Shown here: positions 6,522 through 12,338 of the stretch, one piece after another
Numbering within the stretch: position 1 is the first letter of the stretch
Layout: every line of letters starts with the position of its first letter
DNA from: a virus
Taxonomy: Duplodnaviria; Heunggongvirae; Uroviricota; Caudoviricetes
Direction: 5' to 3' (one strand)
Length of the DNA stretch: 12,338 bases
Virus record (IMG/VR): IMGVR_UViG_3300021354_000005
Location: 77,561 to 89,898 of that record
Program-made: the position numbers and the translations under genes
Notes under the pieces: model-generated
Databases searched by the model: none
The model's input: only the letters and a program-made list of their open reading frames with translations
What the model was told of the DNA's origin: nothing

Positions 6522-7553
6522 ATGGCTAAAGCAGCAAAAGCTCAGGAGGGCTCTATCTCCAAATTTCAAGATGCTCTTGATAAATTAAACAAGGCATATG
6601 GTGAAGGTACAGTACTTACACTTGATTCAAAAGGTGGTAATGATTATGATGTTATTTCCACTGGTTCAATTGGATTTGATTACATTACATTAGGAGTTGG
6701 TGGTTTTGTTAAAGGTAAAATGTACGAACTCATGGGATGGGAAGGTACAGGTAAATCAACTATTTGTGGTCATGTTGTTGCTGAAGCACAAAAGAAAGGT
6801 GAGAAAGTAGTTTATATTGATGGTGAGCATGCTGTTGATAAAAACTATTTTGAAGCTATTGGTGTTGACACAACAAAAATGTTAATTGCTCAACCATCAT
6901 GTGGTGAAGAAGGTTTTAATATTGCTATGGAAATGATTAATAGTGGTGAGGTGGGACTTGTCATTATTGATTCTGATAGCTCGTTGATTCCTAAGAAACA
7001 ATTAGATGGTGATGTGGGTGATAGCACTATTGGTTACAAAGCTAGATTGAATAGCAATGCCTATCCAAAACTTAAATCTGCTTTAGCTGATAATAATGTG
7101 TGTCTTATTGTTATTTCTCAATATAGAGAAAAGATTGGTATGATGTTTGGTAACCCAACCACTACACAAGGAGGACATGCATTGAAATTCTATAGTGACT
7201 GTAGAATTGAGGTGAGTAAATCATTAGCAAAAGATGGTGATGTAAACTATGGTAATATTACTAAGGTTAAAGCTACTAAGAATAAAATGTGTGCTCCTTA
7301 TAAATTACATTCATTTGAAATTGTTTATGGTCAAGGTATTGATAAGCTTGATGAAATTATGACTCTTATAAATGATTATGGTATTGGTAGAAAGTATGGT
7401 AAAACCATGACTATTGCTGATCATAAATATGATCTTGAACAATTTAAGAGTATGCTTATAGATAATCAAGAGTTTTATAATGAAATCAAGAAAGAAATCA
7501 TAGCTAAAATTAACGAAACAGAAATTAAAATAGAAGAAGATGTTGAAAATTAA
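6522..7553 (+). CDS. recA: RecA recombinase (phage-encoded)
   Basis: 343 aa with ISTGS, Walker A GWEGTGKS, YIDGEHA, Walker B IIDS, ISQYREKIG, TQGGHALKFYSDCRIEV and KNK motifs. Confidence 0.95.
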   Translation: MAKAAKAQEGSISKFQDALDKLNKAYGEGTVLTLDSKGGNDYDVISTGSIGFDYITLGVGGFVKGKMYELMGWEGTGKSTICGHVVAEAQKKGEKVVYIDGEHAVDKNYFEAIGVDTTKMLIAQPSCGEEGFNIAMEMINSGEVGLVIIDSDSSLIPKKQLDGDVGDSTIGYKARLNSNAYPKLKSALADNNVCLIVISQYREKIGMMFGNPTTTQGGHALKFYSDCRIEVSKSLAKDGDVNYGNITKVKATKNKMCAPYKLHSFEIVYGQGIDKLDEIMTLINDYGIGRKYGKTMTIADHKYDLEQFKSMLIDNQEFYNEIKKEIIAKINETEIKIEEDVEN

Positions 7554-7992
7554 ACTACAAAAAGTTACAGAAGATGCACGCATGCCCATTAAGGGCACTG
7601 CGGATGCAGCTTGTTATGATGTATATGCACATAGCATCACGGTATCTAATGATGGTAAAGTAAATGTAGGTCTTGGATTCAAGACTGAAATACCTAGAGG
7701 ATATAAAGGTATAATTGTACCTAGAAGTAATTTAACTAAATACTTTTGGGTATTGAATAACTCTTATGGTGTTATTGATTCTGATTACCGTGGTGAATGG
7801 ATGGCTATATTTACACAGCTTCCTGTATTATCAGGAGGTGTTACAGGAACTACATCATTTCCTTATAATGTAGGAGATAGAGTGGCTCAGATATATTTTG
7901 AAGAGGTATTACCAATATCATTTGATGTGGTTCCTGAATTAGAGCAATCTGATAGAGGAGAAGCTGGATTTGGTTCAACTGGTTTAAAATGA
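7540..7992 (+). CDS. dut: trimeric dUTPase
   Basis: Motifs AACYD, PRS, GVIDSDYRGE, RVAQ and C-terminal RGEAGFGSTG. Confidence 0.95.
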   Translation: MLKIKLQKVTEDARMPIKGTADAACYDVYAHSITVSNDGKVNVGLGFKTEIPRGYKGIIVPRSNLTKYFWVLNNSYGVIDSDYRGEWMAIFTQLPVLSGGVTGTTSFPYNVGDRVAQIYFEEVLPISFDVVPELEQSDRGEAGFGSTGLK

Positions 7993-8408
7993 GTAAATGT
8001 AAAACCTGTGGCAAGAAATGTGATAAAGAATATTGCTTTCAGCATAAACCTAGAAAACCTCTAACAGCTACTAAAGGATTTAAGCTATATGCTCCTAAGG
8101 AAATTATTGATAAATATGATGAGGAAATTCGTAAAACTGTCGAAATGCAGACTTTTTTCTTAGAAATTTGGAAGAAAAGACCACATAAGTCTGAAGTTAG
8201 TGGGGAGTCTTTAGGATCTGAACCTCTATCAATATTCTTTCATCATGTTTTACCAAAAGAAAAATATTCTGAAGCTGAATTAGATGAAGAAAATATCATA
8301 CTTTTGACATTAAATGAACATAATAATGTAGAAAATGATATGTATAAGTATGAAGAAGTTAATAAAATACGTGAATATCTAAAAAAGAAATATGGAGGAA
8401 TTTATTAA
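7989..8408 (+). CDS. HNH-like nuclease with degenerate Zn site and N-terminal Cys/His finger
   Basis: N-terminal CKTC..C...YCFQH. The HNH-like core reads SEVSG...FFHHVLPK...NIILLTLNEH, where CxxC and CxxCH would normally be. Confidence 0.55.
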   Translation: MSKCKTCGKKCDKEYCFQHKPRKPLTATKGFKLYAPKEIIDKYDEEIRKTVEMQTFFLEIWKKRPHKSEVSGESLGSEPLSIFFHHVLPKEKYSEAELDEENIILLTLNEHNNVENDMYKYEEVNKIREYLKKKYGGIY

Positions 8409-8877
8409 AACAATTTTAGCTACATTAGCTGTAGTTATAGGAGGTATAGGCATGTATGTTTATTGGCCTACTAATACTAATATTGGATTAACTACTAGAT
8501 ATCAAGTGATTACTCTTGAAGGAGATACATTTGATCTTGATGTAAAGGTGTTAATTACAGAGGATACAGCCTGGGCTGCTAAATATGTAAGACAAAACCT
8601 AGACTCTACAGTTAAATCATCTGATTTTGATGGTAGAGGTGCTACATTTGGTAGTATAGATGGTAAGAGTCCTATCATCTGGTTACCAACCACTGATGAT
8701 GCATCTATAGTTAATCATGAGCTTATTCATGCTACAGTTAATGTCATGCAATGGGCAGGAATAGTTCTTAATGATAGTACAGAAGAAGTATATGGATATG
8801 AAATGCAACATTTAACAAAAGAATTTTATAATCAAATAACTAAAACAAAACAAAATGCCTACACTATTAGGAAATAG
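8392..8877 (+). CDS. membrane-anchored zincin-like (HExxH) protein
   Basis: N-terminal hydrophobic helix (ILATLAVVIGGIGMYVYW), HELIH at 8716-8730 and downstream TEEVYGY as the likely third ligand. Confidence 0.6.
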   Translation: MEEFIKTILATLAVVIGGIGMYVYWPTNTNIGLTTRYQVITLEGDTFDLDVKVLITEDTAWAAKYVRQNLDSTVKSSDFDGRGATFGSIDGKSPIIWLPTTDDASIVNHELIHATVNVMQWAGIVLNDSTEEVYGYEMQHLTKEFYNQITKTKQNAYTIRK

Positions 8878-9142
8878 AATCTACTTAGAAATGCCTCCAC
8901 AAGATGAGGATAGTAAGATTGTTGTGGATGAAAACACAAAAGAAGCATTACAAAGAGAATTGCTTAACAAGATGTCTAAGTTAAAAGTGCTACAAGTTGG
9001 TACCATTGTTACAGAAATCAAGGTGGGAGACTGGGTGTTGGTAGATCCAGCAGCTTTGAACAGAGCTACCCTAGTTCCAATCAATGATAACGATGACCGT
9101 GTAATATTGGTATCTCCATTTGATGTAATTCATATTTGGTAA
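8855..9142 (+). CDS. GroES/Cpn10-like co-chaperonin
   Basis: LLGNRIYLE ~ PLHDRVIVK, KLKVLQVG ~ RGEVLAVG, IKVGDWVLV ~ VKVGDIVIF and ILVSPFDVIHIW ~ LIMSESDILAIV of E. coli GroES. Length 95 aa. Confidence 0.75.
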   Translation: MPTLLGNRIYLEMPPQDEDSKIVVDENTKEALQRELLNKMSKLKVLQVGTIVTEIKVGDWVLVDPAALNRATLVPINDNDDRVILVSPFDVIHIW

Positions 9143-9867
9143 TGTACAAGATTATACTAAAAACTAGTCATAAACATACTGAGAGAGTGGATAACTGTGT
9201 TAATACATGGTTATCCGCTCTTGATTTTGTATGTCTTACAGATAAACTTACAGGAAAATATCCTGAGATATCTGGATCTAAGCATGACCACTATCAAAGT
9301 AATGAAGAAAAGACTGTGAATTTTATTAATCTAGTGAGAACAACTGATCAGTTTGATAAATATGATTGGTTAGTCTTTATAGATGATGATGCTATCCTTA
9401 ACATTCCTTTGTTTGAATCTATTGTATCACATTTGGATAAAACCAAAGTGTATGGATATAGCATGAAAGGTTCATATACAAAAGAACCTGAATTAGATTA
9501 TCCATCAGGAGGATGTGGTTATTTTATATCTCCTGAGCTAATTAAGACATGTGGAGAGATGAAGATTCAGGAATATGGTTATGAAGATGTTTGTCTTGGT
9601 AAATGGCTACAGGATAACAAGATTAAGATTACTAACAAATATATGGTTGGTAGTTTATTGTGCCAGTTAAATCTAAATGGTTGGTTTCCATTTCAGAAAC
9701 ATTTCAATGACCTTTGGAAAGAAGGTGATTCATACGTAGCAAAGATGATAGCTACATATACAGAAGAAGATGTTACATTTTTACATAAACATGTAACACA
9801 TCATTACATAAGACATAAGTCTTACATGGAATATTTACATAAGTTATTAAATAAAAAAGCCCCTTAA
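9142..9867 (+). CDS. glycosyltransferase, GT-A fold, Fringe/GT31-like
   Basis: DWLVFIDDDA (DxD), YPSGGCGYFIS and EDVCLGKWL motifs typical of Fringe/beta-1,3-galactosyltransferases. Start set at ATG 9142 (TAATG overlap with the GroES-like stop). Confidence 0.8.
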   Translation: MYKIILKTSHKHTERVDNCVNTWLSALDFVCLTDKLTGKYPEISGSKHDHYQSNEEKTVNFINLVRTTDQFDKYDWLVFIDDDAILNIPLFESIVSHLDKTKVYGYSMKGSYTKEPELDYPSGGCGYFISPELIKTCGEMKIQEYGYEDVCLGKWLQDNKIKITNKYMVGSLLCQLNLNGWFPFQKHFNDLWKEGDSYVAKMIATYTEEDVTFLHKHVTHHYIRHKSYMEYLHKLLNKKAP

Positions 9868-9880
9868 TTGGGGCTTTTTC
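9853..9880. terminator. bidirectional rho-independent terminator between convergent operons
   Basis: AAAAAGCCCC-TTAATT-GGGGCTTTTT gives a T-tract on both strands. The glycosyltransferase stop codon lies in the loop. Confidence 0.9.
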
Positions 9881-9883
9881 AGA

Positions 9884-9990
9884 CCTATAATACTGAGACT
9901 ATAGGGGGGAAACATTCTCCTTTAAGGGACTCATTCTAGACTGAGTTGCCACAACCTAAGCGTGCAGTTTTTAATTGCAGGAGGAGATAA
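9884..9990 (+). ncRNA. candidate structured RNA (unclassified)
   Basis: Four 6-bp hairpins in 107 nt of non-coding, locally more GC-rich sequence. All three non-Watson-Crick pairs are G-U only on the + strand. No family assignment possible by eye. Confidence 0.3.
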
Positions 9991-10131
9991 CTATTTTGAT
10001 AACCTTTTTTGTTTAAGAGGCCACATTTTACTTTTTAACCTAAGCTTTGTATCAGCTTCCTTCATATAATTACCATTGATTGGTTTAGGAGGAGCCACTT
10101 TAGGAGCCTTTTGAGGTTTACCTGATTTCAT
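9991..10131 (-). CDS. small basic protein (46 aa), not in ORF track
   Basis: MKSGKPQKAPKVAPPKPINGNYMKEADTKLRLKSKMWPLKQKRLSK*, with 12 Lys. TAATG overlap with the upstream ORF. Confidence 0.7.
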   Translation of the reverse strand: MKSGKPQKAPKVAPPKPINGNYMKEADTKLRLKSKMWPLKQKRLSK

Positions 10132-10283
10132 TAGATACCTTTTTTGCTTTTGCTAGCCTTAACTAGACCTACAGCTTTAGTAGCTTTACCTTTAGTATTC
10201 TTACCAATTACATTTGTGTAAGTACCTAATTGCATAGATGCTTTTCCAGAAGGAGCTTTAAGCATACCTGTTTTCTTTGCCAT
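10131..10283 (-). CDS. small basic protein (50 aa), not in ORF track
   Basis: MAKKTGMLKAPSGKASMQLGTYTNVIGKNTKGKATKAVGLVKASKSKKGI*, with 12 Lys and no Asp/Glu. AT-rich leader. Confidence 0.7.
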   Translation of the reverse strand: MAKKTGMLKAPSGKASMQLGTYTNVIGKNTKGKATKAVGLVKASKSKKGI

Positions 10284-10305
10284 GATTATTTATTTTAAAT
10301 ATTTA

Positions 10306-10521
10306 TTAATAACATCCAGATTTACATTTCTTCATTTTACCACCAGATTTCATTTTGGTAGCACCTAATTCCTTGTCTTTAACAAGTTTAGCTTTTCCTT
10401 TAGCACCTGCTAATGTTCTTTTTTGAACTTTAGTATATGCTCCTGTAGGATCAACTGGTCCTACACGTTTAGCAGGGGCTTTGGTGCCTGCTGACACACT
10501 TCCTTTTTTAATTGTTGCCAT
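10306..10521 (-). CDS. small Lys-rich protein
   Basis: 71 aa, MATIKK start, C-terminal MKSGGKMKK motif. Confidence 0.75.
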   Translation of the reverse strand: MATIKKGSVSAGTKAPAKRVGPVDPTGAYTKVQKRTLAGAKGKAKLVKDKELGATKMKSGGKMKKCKSGCY

Positions 10522-10522
10522 T

Positions 10523-10873
10523 TTATTTCTTTTTATTCATTTTCATTAATTTAGAAACACCTTTTGCATCAGCTTTTTTATCTTGAGCAGAACTTTCATA
10601 TTTTTTCATAGCTGCAGCTTTAGTCATTTTCATACCACTTTTAGCTTTAATAACACCACGACCAACTAATACATCAGCTTTAGTAACTTTACCATCTTTG
10701 TTCAAATCTGGAAAACTTTTAGCTTTACCACCATCCTGATATTTTTTCATTTTTCCACCTTTCTTCATCATACCACCACCCATAGGAGCTTGCATAGGAG
10801 GAGGAGCAGGAATACCTTTCTTAGCAGGAGCTACAGGTCTTGTTTTCATCATAGGTTTTTTTACAGTTGCCAT
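10523..10873 (-). CDS. Lys/Met-rich basic protein with an EF-hand/dockerin-like loop
   Basis: 116 aa, about one quarter Lys. MATVKK start, MKKGGKMKK and YQDGGK motifs, and DLNKDGKVTKAD loop. Confidence 0.8.
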   Translation of the reverse strand: MATVKKPMMKTRPVAPAKKGIPAPPPMQAPMGGGMMKKGGKMKKYQDGGKAKSFPDLNKDGKVTKADVLVGRGVIKAKSGMKMTKAAAMKKYESSAQDKKADAKGVSKLMKMNKKK

Positions 10874-10878
10874 ATTAT

Positions 10879-11484
10879 TTAATTTTTAAATTTTGGTATA
10901 ATTGTTCCTACCGAATATTTTGCACCTACTGGTGCTTGTGTAACAGAGGTTTGACCAGGATGAGCTCTTAGAGCTCTACGCATTGGAAAAGCTAATTCAT
11001 TAAGTGGACCATAGCATTCTGCTATAGTTACACCATTAACTTTTTTAGGTAGAATTTTACAAGGCATACACCACATATTGCTCATGCTACTATCTGGTGA
11101 ATTTGTGATTGTGAATGTACGATTAACCGTAGGTAAGTTTTCCCAAGTTGGAGCTTGAGGAACTGAATCATAATACCAAAAATAAGACCATACAGTTTTA
11201 TCTGTACTATCTGGAGTGATTGATGGATTAGGAACCAGTATTGTATTTGCAATTGAAGGACCATCCATTACAGGACATGCTGCAACTCCTTCTAAAAACT
11301 TTTTACCTTCTACAGTGATTGTATCACCTGTTGGTACTGCTCCAGATGCACCACAAAATGCAAATTTACCAACAACAACATTTAATGCTGTATCATGGGC
11401 AACTTCTGAATTCTTTAAGTTTTTTACCATAACTATAGCAATAATTGCTATAATTAATAATATTCCTACTAAGATTTTTTTCAT
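10879..11484 (-). CDS. exported or membrane-anchored hypothetical protein
   Basis: 201 aa. MKK plus a hydrophobic stretch (ILVGILLIIAIIAIVMV) indicates a signal peptide or anchor. The mature region is Pro/Thr-rich with 5 Cys. Confidence 0.75.
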   Translation of the reverse strand: MKKILVGILLIIAIIAIVMVKNLKNSEVAHDTALNVVVGKFAFCGASGAVPTGDTITVEGKKFLEGVAACPVMDGPSIANTILVPNPSITPDSTDKTVWSYFWYYDSVPQAPTWENLPTVNRTFTITNSPDSSMSNMWCMPCKILPKKVNGVTIAECYGPLNELAFPMRRALRAHPGQTSVTQAPVGAKYSVGTIIPKFKN

Positions 11485-11630
11485 TATTTAGTTTTAGCTT
11501 TTATCTTCTTCTCTTGTTTAAGCATTTGTGCTGTAGGCTTCTTTCCAGATCCTTTAGCAGCTCTGATGTTGTCCCATAAACCACGTTGAGATGTAGAACC
11601 ATCTGCACGTTTTAACATTTGTTTTGCCAT
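11484..11630 (-). CDS. small basic protein (48 aa)
   Basis: MAKQMLKRADGSTSQRGLWDNIRAAKGSGKKPTAQMLKQEKKIKAKTK. Start moved to ATG 11630, 1 nt after the upstream stop, rather than the track's 11681. Confidence 0.75.
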   Translation of the reverse strand: MAKQMLKRADGSTSQRGLWDNIRAAKGSGKKPTAQMLKQEKKIKAKTK

Positions 11631-11631
11631 T

Positions 11632-12093
11632 TTAACATTTCCATTTACGAAGTGATTTATTAATTCTGCTGTTAGGATCATTAGCAGTTTTAGCAGATGT
11701 AAGTTTGCTTTTCATACCACTCATTCTAGCACAGAACGATTTCTTTCTAGGACCTCCTTCAGGTTGAGGAGCCTTTAATCCTGGTTTGCCTGGGTTAGCT
11801 CTATTATAAGAAGCTCTTCCTTTGGCATTAAGACCACCTGATTCAGATTTACCTTCTTTTCTTTGCCAAGCTGGGCTAACTTTACCACCAGTTTTTAATG
11901 TACTTCCTTTAAATTCTCCTTTCTTTTTAATCAATGGACCATTAGGAACAGGAGTGATTGCTCCCTTAATAGGAGAAAGTGTATCTCCTAATTGAGCTTT
12001 CTTCACTCTACCACCAGATTTAAGTACACCCTTACCTACGTAAGCTGTAGCTTTCTGTGGGTTCCAAGGACCAGGTTTCTTAATACTAGCCAT
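11632..12093 (-). CDS. basic phage protein with C-terminal DUF6321-like domain
   Basis: MASIKK start and two LKxGG[RK]V motifs. C-terminal SPAWQRKEGK..GGLNAKGRASYN...RKKSFCARM...RINKSLRKWKC recalled as DUF6321-like (from memory). Confidence 0.75.
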   Translation of the reverse strand: MASIKKPGPWNPQKATAYVGKGVLKSGGRVKKAQLGDTLSPIKGAITPVPNGPLIKKKGEFKGSTLKTGGKVSPAWQRKEGKSESGGLNAKGRASYNRANPGKPGLKAPQPEGGPRKKSFCARMSGMKSKLTSAKTANDPNSRINKSLRKWKC

Positions 12094-12337
12094 TTATAAA
12101 ATTTGAAAAGTTTGTTGTAAGAGATGTCCAAGTTGAACCAGTTCTCACTTCTAATGAATCAATATTAATAAATGCAGAATAACCATCATCAGCATTAATA
12201 AATGTACCACTGAATAAATATAAATTGTTTACAGATCCTAATGCAGGAATGATTGTATTATGTAAGATGTTATAACTTGCAACTCTTATAAGTTCTGTAG
12301 CTTGAATCATATTCTCTGAATATGTATGAGTGTTATA
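12086..12337 (-). CDS. hypothetical protein, probably 5'-truncated by the window edge
   Basis: The frame of the track ORF (12310) stays open to the window end (YNTHTYSEN precedes MIQATEL...), so the true start may lie outside the window. Confidence 0.6.
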   Translation of the reverse strand, partial: YNTHTYSENMIQATELIRVASYNILHNTIIPALGSVNNLYLFSGTFINADDGYSAFINIDSLEVRTGSTWTSLTTNFSNFING

Positions 12338-12338
12338 A

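Noticed and set aside
6397-6588. Plus-strand 63-aa ORF
   Set aside because: TTG start, runs through a terminator and overlaps recA out of frame.
3530-7553. Inteins in NrdJ or RecA
   Set aside because: Both proteins are of normal length with contiguous motifs and no C...HN[CST] insert.
7717-7740. dUTPase motif II reads PRSNLT instead of PRSGLA
   Set aside because: The catalytic Arg-Ser and all other motifs are intact, so this is a minor variant.
2526-9084. Minus-strand track ORFs at 2526-2726, 4627-4827, 4942-5169, 7311-7598, 8502-8693 and 8881-9084
   Set aside because: All lie antisense within well-supported + strand genes and show no protein-like motifs.
9884-9990. tRNA, hammerhead, SAM-I or c-di-GMP riboswitch
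   Set aside because: No TTC T-loop or CCA cloverleaf, CTGAGA lacks the CUGANGA/stem II geometry, and the riboswitch resemblances are limited to scattered words without the required P1 pairing.
11082-11491. Track ORFs 11082-11264 and 11216-11491
   Set aside because: Alternative-frame or antisense overlaps of the 201-aa exported protein gene.
1-12338. CRISPR array, IS element, rRNA
   Set aside because: No repeat-spacer array, transposase motifs, terminal inverted repeats or rRNA-like sequence seen. The PD-(D/E)XK gene has no cas neighbours.

Overview
AT-rich, densely coding segment of a dsDNA bacteriophage, read in the standard code. The host is probably Bacteroidota, inferred from TTTG-N20-TAnnTTTG promoter motifs and A-rich leaders without Shine-Dalgarno sequences. 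The + strand (17-9867) is a recombination/nucleotide-metabolism module: HNH nuclease, PD-(D/E)XK exonuclease, several hypotheticals, a B12-dependent class II ribonucleotide reductase (nrdJ), a small Cys-rich protein, RecA, dUTPase, a degenerate HNH-like protein, a membrane HExxH protein, a GroES-like co-chaperonin and a Fringe/GT31-like glycosyltransferase. nrdJ sits in an apparent homing-endonuclease hotspot. Upstream are a deleted HNH remnant and an intact Endonuclease VII gene. Downstream is an HNH gene that appears to have inserted into the last codons of nrdJ, duplicating the redox-active GGAC tail. A bidirectional terminator at about 9854-9879 and a hairpin-rich 107-nt spacer separate this module from a convergent - strand run of tiny, very Lys-rich proteins sharing MA[ST][IV]KK starts and xKxGGKxKK motifs. 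One exported Cys-containing protein interrupts that run. All family names come from motif recognition, not database searches.
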